From positions 6,899 to 70,898 of the forward strand of contig PLZJ01000003.1 of NCBI GenBank assembly GCA_003152105.1: a stretch of DNA of 64,000 nucleotides. The letters are read 5' to 3'. Positions within the stretch are counted from its first letter, which is position 1. Each line of letters starts with the position of its first letter. A program made the translations under genes and the position numbers. Positions 36,853 through 46,543 of the stretch are shown piece after piece. Source of the stretch: Candidatus Levyibacteriota bacterium (lineage in GTDB: Bacteria > Patescibacteriota > Microgenomatia > Levybacterales > UBA12049). A model generated the notes under the pieces. The model was not told the DNA's origin. It ran no database searches and saw only the letters and a list, made by a program, of their open reading frames with translations.

Positions 36853-37923
36853 TTAAAGAGGCTGATTTTGACACACATTCGCGGCATTAAGATAAGCTTG
36901 CGGTGTAGTGTTAGTTCCCCCATAATCCGTTATAAAAGTGTCAAGTTGTGTTTGTGTATAGTTAGTTTGTAAATAATTGTTGTAGCAAACACAAAATGGA
37001 CTCGAAGTAGCACTGCTTGTTGAACATTTTCCCAGTGATCCTAATATAGCAGGTGGAATGGAAGAACTTTGGTTAGTTGTAGTTGATGTAGGAGTAGGGG
37101 AAAGAGATCCTCCATTTAGATATGCACCCGGAATTGGCGTAACAGAAGGGTTGGTAATAAGAGCAGAAGCTGTGGCTGCATTAGTCTCTTGCGCATCCTT
37201 CCACTTCTTAAAAACATTTATGGTATTAATATCATTATTAGAAAGCAAAAAAATAGGAGTTTTTGGATTATAACCAGCTTGTGTATACGGTTGGTAGAAA
37301 AACGAAGTATCAAGAGTAGCAGAGACATTATTTACAGACAAATCAGAAATTTCTGATAGGGGAATACTTTGAAGCAATTTTGTCGCAAAATGTTGCGTAT
37401 CAAAGGCACCGTTTGTTAATAATAAGCTTACAGAAAGAGAATTTTGGGTTGCTAATCTTGCAGAATTAGTGGCCAAATCTCCAACCTGAAATGTATAATC
37501 ACTTAACGTAGTATTTGAAGCATTTGCCGCACCTGCGATCGCTTGTATAACGCCAGTATAGTCTTTTTGCTGAGGAAGTACAGCAGAAACGGTAGCTAAA
37601 TATTCAGAGTAATTTTTATCATTAATACTACTCAATACTTTTTCATTTTCTCTAAGTTGATTGTTTGTTAAGGAAATTTGTGATACTTGACTTGTTAAAG
37701 TAGGTAACTGCTGTATTTGCGGATATTCAATAAAATAAAAAGCTACAAAAGTTAATAATAATACTAAATAAGGGATAAATAATGCTTTGTATTTTTTATA
37801 TAATACTTTTGCGCTTCCTTCAGAAAGAGTAATATTCCTGGTTTCACTTTGCATTGGCTTAATTGACTCACTAGGTTGGGCTGGTTGCACTTCTTGAACT
37901 GGCTGTATAGGATTAGTTGTCAT
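36853..37923 (-). CDS. Type IV pilus assembly protein, PilO-like, with C-terminal extension
   Basis: TM plus coiled coil and LP motif; third gene of the pilM-N-O order. Confidence 0.6.
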   Translation of the reverse strand: MTTNPIQPVQEVQPAQPSESIKPMQSETRNITLSEGSAKVLYKKYKALFIPYLVLLLTFVAFYFIEYPQIQQLPTLTSQVSQISLTNNQLRENEKVLSSINDKNYSEYLATVSAVLPQQKDYTGVIQAIAGAANASNTTLSDYTFQVGDLATNSARLATQNSLSVSLLLTNGAFDTQHFATKLLQSIPLSEISDLSVNNVSATLDTSFFYQPYTQAGYNPKTPIFLLSNNDINTINVFKKWKDAQETNAATASALITNPSVTPIPGAYLNGGSLSPTPTSTTTNQSSSIPPAILGSLGKCSTSSATSSPFCVCYNNYLQTNYTQTQLDTFITDYGGTNTTPQAYLNAANVCQNQPL

Positions 37924-38456
37924 AGTAAAGTAAGTGTTAAATCCATTTTAAATTGTCCTTGATTGTTATCTGCAGTTAAACCATCTTGATTTACAGATCG
38001 AATTATTTTTTTGTGTGAAACTAATGATTGCAGATTAGCTAAATAGGTATTTAAATCAGATAATGTAGGAGCTGTTGCTGATAATGTAACTGTTTTTTTA
38101 GAAATGGTAAAATTAGGAAAACTAACCGTTACCGGTGCTGCAGATAAAAGAACCCCCATTATTTTGTCATAGTTTTGACGATTATTTATAATTTTTGCAA
38201 TCCCTCTTAATCTATCATCAATGAGTTGCAGAGAATAAAATCTATTTTTATACGGAAGGAGAGAGGAAATAAGTTGATCTTGTTGATTATTTAAATTCGC
38301 GATAGTTGCATTTAATGTAAAAGTGATAGCATACACTCCTACCATACTAACAACAAATAACCCAACAATACAACCTGCGATTATCCAAGTAGTCAAAAGA
38401 GTTTTATTCGTTTGCTTTACAACAACGTTTTGATAGAGTAAGTTAATGTCATCCAT
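37920..38456 (-). CDS. pilN: Type IV pilus assembly protein PilN-like
   Basis: N-terminal INLL PilM-binding motif, TM and coiled coil. Confidence 0.75.
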   Translation of the reverse strand: MDDINLLYQNVVVKQTNKTLLTTWIIAGCIVGLFVVSMVGVYAITFTLNATIANLNNQQDQLISSLLPYKNRFYSLQLIDDRLRGIAKIINNRQNYDKIMGVLLSAAPVTVSFPNFTISKKTVTLSATAPTLSDLNTYLANLQSLVSHKKIIRSVNQDGLTADNNQGQFKMDLTLTLL

Positions 38457-39483
38457 TTGTTCTCATTGCAAGTCCTATTGCAATTGTATAATCAACTGCA
38501 TTATCTTGAAGTTCTTTTGGAATATTTTGCGCAACAACATTTTTCCATGGATTTGCTATAGCTGTTTCGATGTCTGTATTTTGAGCAAAATAAGCTTCTA
38601 TTCCTGGTAACTTAGCGGTTCCACCTGTTAACAAAATCTGACGGATAACATCGTCTCCTTTAAATTTTTCTGCATAAAAAGCGACTGCTTTTTTGATTTC
38701 GCTGAGTATTGATTGAATTATTGGTTCAGTTGTTTTTCCTAGCTTATTACCGACAGATTGGTTTGTTATTCCATAAGCTTTTTTATATTCCTCTGCTTGT
38801 GCTAAAGAAAAACCATAATCTGATGCAATCGCTCGAGAAATTGCACTTCCACCTGTAGGAGTTGAATATGAAAATACAATTATTCCAGTTCTCACAATTG
38901 CAATTGTCGTACTAACCGCTCCAATATTAACAATTAATGTAGGAGGTATATTTGATGATGGGATAAGTGCTCGAATAGATGAGAGAATTTCTGTTTCAAT
39001 AGATGCAATCGTTAAACCAGCTAGTCCCAAAATCTTTTTATGTCTTTCTATAAGTACTGTCGGTGCTCCTATCAGTAAAATTTCGACTTTAGACCCTTCT
39101 TCTTTTTTTTCTGGCTTTTTCAAAATAGCATGAGCTAACGTAATCCCGGACAAAGGAACAGGAATATATTGTTCTGCTTCATAATAAATAGCTTGATCAA
39201 GTTCATGATCATTAAGATATGGCATTTCTATGACTTTTGTATATATTTGATTTTCAGGAAATGCTATGTTTACTTCTTTGCTATCTATTTTTGCGTCAGA
39301 TAGTAATTTTTTAATAGCTTGCCCCATTTCCTCTTGATCCAGAGGAGAATCTGAAGACATACCCTTAATAGGGGTAGGACCCATAATTGCACTACGAAAT
39401 GAATACCCATTTTTTTGCTTTTGCAAATAAACAGCTTTCATTTTTGTAGCTCCTAAATCTAATCCAAATGCTTGTTGTTTCAT
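38449..39483 (-). CDS. pilM: Type IV pilus assembly protein PilM
   Basis: FGLDLG, EAEQYIP, VNIGA..T, LTGGTAKLPG and AIGLAMR (actin-like fold). Confidence 0.95.
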   Translation of the reverse strand: MKQQAFGLDLGATKMKAVYLQKQKNGYSFRSAIMGPTPIKGMSSDSPLDQEEMGQAIKKLLSDAKIDSKEVNIAFPENQIYTKVIEMPYLNDHELDQAIYYEAEQYIPVPLSGITLAHAILKKPEKKEEGSKVEILLIGAPTVLIERHKKILGLAGLTIASIETEILSSIRALIPSSNIPPTLIVNIGAVSTTIAIVRTGIIVFSYSTPTGGSAISRAIASDYGFSLAQAEEYKKAYGITNQSVGNKLGKTTEPIIQSILSEIKKAVAFYAEKFKGDDVIRQILLTGGTAKLPGIEAYFAQNTDIETAIANPWKNVVAQNIPKELQDNAVDYTIAIGLAMRTNG

Positions 39484-39494
39484 ATATTTATTTT

Positions 39495-40376
39495 CTAGGG
39501 TGCAAGTAATCCATAAAAATATTCGGCTGCCAATTGAGGGTAGCTTGCAAATACATTAATTCTTCGTTGCGTATTTCCATTTGATCCAAGTGCTGATACT
39601 AAATTACCTTGCTGAGGTAAAAAAGATGTGCTATCTACCAATATATCAGATGAATTATATAAAGGTATTATTCTAGCGAAAATTGCATCTTTAATTGGAA
39701 TAGTTCCTGTTGAATAATCAAAATGATACGTAGTATTATCATAGGGATAAATAAGGCTACTACCTGCAAACCTGCTAAGATCAGCAATATTACCAATACC
39801 GGCTTCTCTTTGCGCAGAACAAGGATCCCATGCATAACGATTAGTGTAATAATTGGTTCCACCAAATATAACAACAATTACTTCTATGCCTGCATCAGCT
39901 ATCGTACCACCGGCAGCTGAACATTGACTTGTGACATGATCAGAATAATGAATAGTAATACTCCCACTAGAAGGTCTTGTTGCAATATCTGGTATGTTAG
40001 GTTTTCCTGAAATATCATGTTTTACAAGCCATAAATCAGCTCCATCATCAACTGGAACTTTACTTCCATTATTCATTAAAAATTGAGCGCTGTTTTGAGG
40101 AACTGGTGATACAACAATATTTATGGTACTTGCAGGATCATTTGAAGGAGGAGTAGTTATACTATCACCATTTTTAAGTTGTTGCAGTACTGTTTCGACA
40201 CCACTCTCGGCAACTGCGTATGCTTTTTGAGATTCTTGTTGATTTACATTATCTTTTAATGAAACAATACTTCTCGCAGCTAAAGAAAGAGCAACAGTTA
40301 TGGCTGTTGCCATTATAATTATTACAAGAATAAGAGCTTGTCCTTTTTGATACATCATGGCAGTATTCTTCTTCAT
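39495..40376 (-). CDS. PilX-like minor pilin
   Basis: KG|QALILVIIIM class III signal lacking Glu5; AYAVAESGVE motif. Confidence 0.8.
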   Translation of the reverse strand: MKKNTAMMYQKGQALILVIIIMATAITVALSLAARSIVSLKDNVNQQESQKAYAVAESGVETVLQQLKNGDSITTPPSNDPASTINIVVSPVPQNSAQFLMNNGSKVPVDDGADLWLVKHDISGKPNIPDIATRPSSGSITIHYSDHVTSQCSAAGGTIADAGIEVIVVIFGGTNYYTNRYAWDPCSAQREAGIGNIADLSRFAGSSLIYPYDNTTYHFDYSTGTIPIKDAIFARIIPLYNSSDILVDSTSFLPQQGNLVSALGSNGNTQRRINVFASYPQLAAEYFYGLLAP

Positions 40377-40467
40377 TTTAGAACTATATTAAGAGTATCA
40401 AGCATAAAGATACTATGTCAAGCATAAATTAATGCATTTTAAGCTCAATATAGCTAAAACTTATGGA

Positions 40468-41085
40468 CTAATTTGCATTGTTAAACATCTGGACAGAAGT
40501 TTCAAAATCTCCTTGATCATAATATTCATAAGTTTGAGGTATTCCTCCTGCTAAATTACTTTCTAAATTTAGATTTAAGGTAAATATAAATTTATTTTGT
40601 GCTTGAGCACAAGTAATACTACAAGAGTTAATAACAACCTTATTTGTATCCAATAATGTTTGTGGGAGTCCTCCTACACCTCCTAAAGGACTTGATATAG
40701 TGGTGATATTATTTGGACTATTTGTATCAGGACATTCAATTTGTACGTCATTATTATTTATATCAGTAAAATCTATATAATGAAGACCTGTAACATAATT
40801 AAGACCTGTAGCGGGATTAGCACATGCTGTTGTTTGAGGCCCAGAACTACTAGTACTTGCATAAGTAAAAGATTTAGCATTTCGAAGCATTTGACCAAGT
40901 ATATTAATTGTTTGCGATCCACTTTGTTGAATTGTATTCATTGTTGTTATTTGTTGGGAAATAGTCAGAGTAGAGGAAAGTGTATTAATTAAAAAGGTTC
41001 CGACTACTGCGAATAAAGCAATAGCAACAAGCAGTTCTACAAGTGTATAGCCATTTTTATAATCTGACGTATGTACTCTTTTCAT
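40468..41085 (-). CDS. Minor pilin (PilW-like)
   Basis: NG|YTLVELLVAI prepilin cleavage motif. Confidence 0.85.
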   Translation of the reverse strand: MKRVHTSDYKNGYTLVELLVAIALFAVVGTFLINTLSSTLTISQQITTMNTIQQSGSQTINILGQMLRNAKSFTYASTSSSGPQTTACANPATGLNYVTGLHYIDFTDINNNDVQIECPDTNSPNNITTISSPLGGVGGLPQTLLDTNKVVINSCSITCAQAQNKFIFTLNLNLESNLAGGIPQTYEYYDQGDFETSVQMFNNAN

Positions 41086-41592
41086 TTATGGTGACTGATA
41101 ATCATTAAAACAATTGTTAATACTGTATGAATTACAAAGTGGATGACCTATGTCACATTTTGAATCTGTCCAACTTACATTAACTTGTACTAGTTTTTCT
41201 ATACCAGGAGAACTATCACCACAACTATTTGCAAAAGTAACTGTTCTAATATAATTTATATTTAGCTTAGGGTTTAATGGTACAGGAATTACGCAAGCAC
41301 CAGGACTATAGGGAGTTAAACAAGTTATATCTAAGCTTTTCGTACCACCAGGGGCACAAGTTAACGGTAAGCAATATTTACCAATTGTTTCTCCGTAAAA
41401 CGTGCTGGCATTTATAGTTTGCATATTTTCCATTATATCGATACCTTCTTGAGCGTATTCTTTTGCATCTGATTGTGACTTTATATGAACCATATTTCCA
41501 AGTGATCCCACAGTAGATACGGTAGCTGAAGTTAGAATTAAAACCCCAATAGCAATTGCAATAAGTACTTCAATTAAAGCTTGTCCTCTCAT
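41086..41592 (-). CDS. Minor pilin (PilV-like)
   Basis: RG|QALIEVLIAI; A..YAQEGID; VQVNVSW. Confidence 0.8.
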   Translation of the reverse strand: MRGQALIEVLIAIAIGVLILTSATVSTVGSLGNMVHIKSQSDAKEYAQEGIDIMENMQTINASTFYGETIGKYCLPLTCAPGGTKSLDITCLTPYSPGACVIPVPLNPKLNINYIRTVTFANSCGDSSPGIEKLVQVNVSWTDSKCDIGHPLCNSYSINNCFNDYQSP

Positions 41593-42104
41593 GGTCCTTC
41601 TATTACTCCACTTTCTGTTACGTTAACTGGCTCAGTGAATGTACAATTTGAACTGCATATATTTATTGTTTGTCCTGATGAATTATAAAGAGCCCCTGTA
41701 AGTGTTACAAATTCAACTGTCTGAGGATTTTCAATATGAGCAACATACCCCGTTAAATCTACTTTAGCTCCTACTCTATTGTATGAATGATTATTTGAAT
41801 CATCAACACAATCTGCGATATAGGAATAAGACCCATTAAGAAATACAACCTGGTATCCAAATAAATGTAGCCCTGGACACGCATCACCCGTTGCCCATTT
41901 GGTAACTCCGTTAATAGCATCCGCTCTGAGGCTATTTAAATTTCCGATAATTGAAGACGTTGCAAGGTCTACGTTTTGTTTGGCTGTGTAATTTGTGACA
42001 GTTGGAATAGACATTGCGGTAAGAATTCCAATTAAGGCAAGAACTAGAAGTGCTTCTACAAGAGTAAATCCTAAGCTTGCAGTCTTGGCAGTAATAGAAT
42101 TCAT
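41589..42104 (-). CDS. Minor pilin (FimT/FimU-like)
   Basis: LG|FTLVEALLVL; C-terminal VTESGVI; start reassigned to MNSITAK. Confidence 0.8.
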   Translation of the reverse strand: MNSITAKTASLGFTLVEALLVLALIGILTAMSIPTVTNYTAKQNVDLATSSIIGNLNSLRADAINGVTKWATGDACPGLHLFGYQVVFLNGSYSYIADCVDDSNNHSYNRVGAKVDLTGYVAHIENPQTVEFVTLTGALYNSSGQTINICSSNCTFTEPVNVTESGVIEGP

Positions 42105-42106
42105 AG

Positions 42107-42604
42107 TTATGGATTTGTAACAACTATTTGTTGCGAACCGCCAGGACAAAGCTGTAATGCCCCAAGCGAAGGTGCTTGAGGACATCTTTGATTAGCACCT
42201 GCTTGATTTTCTAAACACATCTGCAAACAATACCCTTGATAATATGCAGAAGAACCAGCTTTCCCATTAATCGGGACATATTGATAAACTAAGCCATTGC
42301 TATTTATTGGATCACATGGAATTACATTCATAAATGTAGTAGTTCCATCAGTAATTTTTCCTCCACAAGGAAAAACAGTACCAGGATACCCATTATCTTG
42401 CGATCGAAACTCTTCAAGTGCAGATTGAATACTTGTAACATCAGCATTTCGCTGTGCATTTCTACCTTTTGCAAGTTGTGCATTTGGGTTTAAAAGCGAA
42501 ATCATAGTTGCTGAAATAATACCAATTATGGCTATGACAATTACAAGTTCAACAAGAGTAAACCCATTATTACTAATTCTATTTTTTGCATCGAAAAATC
42601 TCAT
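42107..42604 (-). CDS. Type IV pilin / GspG-like pseudopilin
   Basis: NG|FTLVELVIVIAIIGI; RNAQRNADV..IQSALE.F....YP; DP motif. Confidence 0.85.
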   Translation of the reverse strand: MRFFDAKNRISNNGFTLVELVIVIAIIGIISATMISLLNPNAQLAKGRNAQRNADVTSIQSALEEFRSQDNGYPGTVFPCGGKITDGTTTFMNVIPCDPINSNGLVYQYVPINGKAGSSAYYQGYCLQMCLENQAGANQRCPQAPSLGALQLCPGGSQQIVVTNP

Positions 42605-42645
42605 ATTACATACAGTATGAACCATTTTTTTTTAAAAAACAATAT

Positions 42646-43425
42646 CTATAGATAAGCAAATGACAAATGGAGAATATACTGCCAAATCATTGGTCCCCAG
42701 AATAAAGCAACATAGGTACCAAGGACTAAAAAAGGTCCAAAGGGAATAATATCACCGTGTAGTTTTTTCCTTTTACCTACTATCAGCAATACAGAAACAA
42801 TTGCACCCACTATAAACGCAATATAAAGCGCAACGATAGCAGAAGGAAAACTGAGAAGTATTCCAAGCCAAAAAGCATACTTTACATCTCCAAATCCTAT
42901 ACCTTTTCTTTTTGTAACTACAAAGATGAGTAAAAAGAGTAAAAAACAAAGTATTCCAGTTATCACTGAAATAAGCAATAAATTAGCATGTACAAGGGCA
43001 ATATAGACAATCGTAAGCACCATAATGGGGTAAAGAATTTTATCAGGAATAATATAGTACTTTATATCCGTTAGAAATATAATAAGCAGTGAAGATATAG
43101 TTACTAAATAAAATAGTACGCTGATAACATTTTCAACATTTAGAAATTGAATAAAAAAATAACCACTTAACGCAAAAACAATCCCAGTAATTAACTCAGA
43201 AAAAGGGTAATAAATAGATAATTTTTTTTTACAATATCTACATTTCCCCTTAAGCATTAAGTATGAAATTAAAGGAATTAAATCTAGTGTAGAAAGCGTA
43301 TGTTTACAATATTCACAATGCGATCTACCAGTAATAAAAGATTCATCTTTTACAATACGATCAGAAACAACATTAAAAAAACTTCCTAAAATAATGCCAA
43401 TAATAAAACTAAATAAATAAATCAT
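42646..43425 (-). CDS. pilD: Prepilin peptidase
   Basis: GSFFNV, RSHCEYC, GKCRYC, TD....IPD, GFGDVK and IPFGPFL. Confidence 0.97.
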   Translation of the reverse strand: MIYLFSFIIGIILGSFFNVVSDRIVKDESFITGRSHCEYCKHTLSTLDLIPLISYLMLKGKCRYCKKKLSIYYPFSELITGIVFALSGYFFIQFLNVENVISVLFYLVTISSLLIIFLTDIKYYIIPDKILYPIMVLTIVYIALVHANLLLISVITGILCFLLFLLIFVVTKRKGIGFGDVKYAFWLGILLSFPSAIVALYIAFIVGAIVSVLLIVGKRKKLHGDIIPFGPFLVLGTYVALFWGPMIWQYILHLSFAYL

Positions 43426-43484
43426 GACTAATAAAATTATACATGAGAATTTGAAAGTAGATATCTTCTAATTTTTGCAGAGGA

Positions 43485-43994
43485 TTATTGAGCGTGACAG
43501 TTAGCAGGTGCACCATATGCTCCTGGACACAATGCTGCTTGACAATAATATATTTGACCTTGATATGTTTCAATTGTTGTTGCTGGAACGATTGCTGGTG
43601 CTGCTGCTAAAAATGCTTTTTGATACGAAGATCGTGAATGAGAAACTCCACACACTATTGCATCTGAAACAGGGGTTGCACCATTTATGCGATACACATA
43701 TACTGCTCCGCCAGGTTGTGTTGGCACTGCATTGATTTCTGATGGTGCCAATGCTGCTGTTCCTGCTGGGAAACCAATTGCAGGATTATCAGTATCATAT
43801 CTTTGCGCAGCTCCGTAAATGGTATTAATATCAGAAACAACTTTTGAATCATTTGCAGAATTAATTTTATCTACTGGATCAATAAGTGCAATAAGAGCTG
43901 CTGCGAGAATACCAAGGATTGCGATAACGATGATTAACTCAATAAGAGTAAAACCTTTTTGAAGTCTTGTTAGTTTTTGGGCAGTTATTCTCAT
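43485..43994 (-). CDS. Type IV pilin (probable major pilin)
   Basis: KG|FTLIELIIVIAILGILAA; stands alone with its own upstream region; start MRITAQK. Confidence 0.85.
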   Translation of the reverse strand: MRITAQKLTRLQKGFTLIELIIVIAILGILAAALIALIDPVDKINSANDSKVVSDINTIYGAAQRYDTDNPAIGFPAGTAALAPSEINAVPTQPGGAVYVYRINGATPVSDAIVCGVSHSRSSYQKAFLAAAPAIVPATTIETYQGQIYYCQAALCPGAYGAPANCHAQ

Positions 43995-44222
43995 GTATCT
44001 TTTTTTATTGTAGAGCACTTTATTTTGTGTTGTCAAGAGATCAATTATTAATCCTCAATGTAAGCTCTATATTAATTAGGCCAGAAATAAAATATCTTGT
44101 CAAGTAGTAAAAATGTGGCTAAAATGCATATATATAATTTTAATTTTATCTAAGATAAAGATAATTACAACTTTACTTCGGGGACTTATTGCAAGAACTA
44201 TTAACCTCCTTAGTTAGACAAT

Positions 44223-45422
44223 TTAAGTAGGTATATTATTAATAAGTGAATATATTGGAGAAATAACTGCTAACATTAAAAATCCAACTCCTGCTCCCAG
44301 AAAAACAATTATAAATGGTTCCATAAGCGTTGTAAGTGCTTTTACTCGTGCATCTACTTCTTGTTCATAATATGCAGAAACTCTAGTTAATGAATCATCA
44401 AGTTTTCCCGTTTGCTCACCGACTTTAACCATTTCAACAACTATTGGTGGAAAAAGTGAAGAATAAGACATTGATTCTCCAACCGAAACACCTTTTTCAA
44501 CATTTTTTGCAACTGCTAATATCGCATTTTTATATACAATATTATTTGCGACATCAGCTGATTGTTTTAAAGCATCAACTACAAGTATTCCTGCTCCCGA
44601 AAGTAATCCAAGAGTTCTTGTTACTTCAGTTATAATTGTGTCATGCACTAGTTTACCAAATACTGGAAGTTTTAAAACAATAGTATCTAGCAATATTTTT
44701 CCCGTTTGTGTTTTTTTCCATTGCATAAATGCAATGGTTACTACCGCAATTGCAATGAGTAAGATGTACCAAAAATGAATCATAAAATTTGAAATATAGA
44801 CAACAATTAATGTTGGAAGAGGAAGCTGTACGTGTAATTGATTATATACAGGTGTTAGCTGTGGAATAACAACTACCATGATAACTACCATAACAAGTGC
44901 CATACCAATTAAGACAATAATAGGGTATAGCAAGGCACCTTTTACTTGAGACGCGATTGATTGTTGTTTTTCCAAATTATCAGCTAGTCTTCCGAGTAAT
45001 TTATCCAGTTGACCAGAAGATTCACCCGCTCTTATCAGGGCAACATAGAGATCATCAAATGTATCAGGAAATTTTTGGAGTGCGCTTGCAAAAGAATTTC
45101 CATCTTCTATATCTATAACAACTGATCCAATTATGTTTTTAAGTTTACCATCGCTCATTTGTAGTTGTAGTGTTCTAAGTGACTGCATGAGCGTAAGTCC
45201 TGCTGTAAGCATTGAAGAAAGTTGTCGTGTAAAAAAGACGACATCTTTTTTTGAAGTTCCCAAAAATCCTAAACTTAATTGAAAATCAGACTTTGGAGTA
45301 ATATGTACGGGGATTAACTTTTTTGACCTAAGATATTTTGCCGCTTCTTCTACATCTTTTGCTTCAATAATGCCTCGTAGAGATTTTCCATCTGATGATA
45401 CCGCTTTATAGTTTAGTTTCAT
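44223..45422 (-). CDS. pilC: Type IV pilus platform protein PilC
   Basis: FTRQLSSML.AGL, GESSGQL, ALLYP, GEQTGKL and EP motifs. Confidence 0.97.
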   Translation of the reverse strand: MKLNYKAVSSDGKSLRGIIEAKDVEEAAKYLRSKKLIPVHITPKSDFQLSLGFLGTSKKDVVFFTRQLSSMLTAGLTLMQSLRTLQLQMSDGKLKNIIGSVVIDIEDGNSFASALQKFPDTFDDLYVALIRAGESSGQLDKLLGRLADNLEKQQSIASQVKGALLYPIIVLIGMALVMVVIMVVVIPQLTPVYNQLHVQLPLPTLIVVYISNFMIHFWYILLIAIAVVTIAFMQWKKTQTGKILLDTIVLKLPVFGKLVHDTIITEVTRTLGLLSGAGILVVDALKQSADVANNIVYKNAILAVAKNVEKGVSVGESMSYSSLFPPIVVEMVKVGEQTGKLDDSLTRVSAYYEQEVDARVKALTTLMEPFIIVFLGAGVGFLMLAVISPIYSLINNIPT

Positions 45423-45433
45423 ACGTGGTTAAC

Positions 45434-46501
45434 TTATTTAATAAGTTCCAAAAATTCCTTATCATGGAGTGCATATGGTCTTGCAACATCAACGGGTACA
45501 ATCCCATTGTTTACAAGATCTGAAAGAGATTTATCAAAAGGAATCATACCGATTTCCTGTTGTGTTTGAATAATTGAATCAATTAAATGCGTTTTACCTT
45601 CTCTTATGTTGTTTGCGACTGCTGGTGTTGATATTAACACTTCAACTGCTGGAACTCTTCCTCCACCTTGTTTTGGAAGTAAGCGTTGTGAAATAACAGC
45701 TTTTAAGGTGAGTGATAGCTGTGCTCGAATTTGATTTTGTTGATGTGCAGGAAAGGAATCTACAATACGATCAATACTTTGAGAAGCAGAATTAGTATGC
45801 AACGTAGAAAATACTAAATGCCCTGTTTCTGCAATAGTTAAGGCCGCTGCCATGGTTTCAGGATCTCTCATTTCACCAATGAGCGCGACGTCTGGATCTT
45901 CTCGAAGAGCTGCTCGAAGAGAAGCACCCCAGGAATGCGTATCTGATCCAAGTTCTCGTTGAGAAATAATACTTTTTCCTTTTGGATACATATATTCAAT
46001 TGGGTCTTCAACAGTTAATATGTGAGCTCCTCTTGAAAGATTGATTTCATTTACCATAGCAGCAAGCGTTGTTGATTTACCATGTCCAGTAGGACCAGTT
46101 ACGAGAACAAATCCTTGTTTTGTTTTACTAAATTCATGGCAAATGGTTGGAATGCCAAGTTCTTCAAGGGTTCGAATATTTGGGGGAAGTAGTCGAAAGT
46201 CTGCTGACAAATAACCTCTTTGATAATAAATATTTACACGAAATCTTCCCTTATCCCCATATGCACCGCCTCCATATCCTAAGGAAAAATCAAGTTCTTT
46301 ATTTGCAAGCATCATTGTTTTTTGTTCTGGAGAAACAATGGAAAAAAGTAATTGCTCCATATCTTCTGGCGATACAACCGGATAATCTACAATTGCTTGC
46401 AGTTCTCCATCTACACGAAGGGTTGGAGGAATACCAACTAATAAATGCAAATCCGATGCATTTGAATTTACTGTTTGCTCTAATAAACTTTTAATTTCCA
46501 T
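45434..46501 (-). CDS. pilT: Retraction ATPase PilT
   Basis: ASDLHL, GPTGHGKSTT, EDPIE, LREDPD, AETGHLVFSTLHT and NNIRE (AIRNLIRE-like). Confidence 0.97.
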   Translation of the reverse strand: MEIKSLLEQTVNSNASDLHLLVGIPPTLRVDGELQAIVDYPVVSPEDMEQLLFSIVSPEQKTMMLANKELDFSLGYGGGAYGDKGRFRVNIYYQRGYLSADFRLLPPNIRTLEELGIPTICHEFSKTKQGFVLVTGPTGHGKSTTLAAMVNEINLSRGAHILTVEDPIEYMYPKGKSIISQRELGSDTHSWGASLRAALREDPDVALIGEMRDPETMAAALTIAETGHLVFSTLHTNSASQSIDRIVDSFPAHQQNQIRAQLSLTLKAVISQRLLPKQGGGRVPAVEVLISTPAVANNIREGKTHLIDSIIQTQQEIGMIPFDKSLSDLVNNGIVPVDVARPYALHDKEFLELIK

Positions 46502-46543
46502 ACCTTCTTTAATTAAGAAACATTTTGCTTAGTAAGTCAAGGG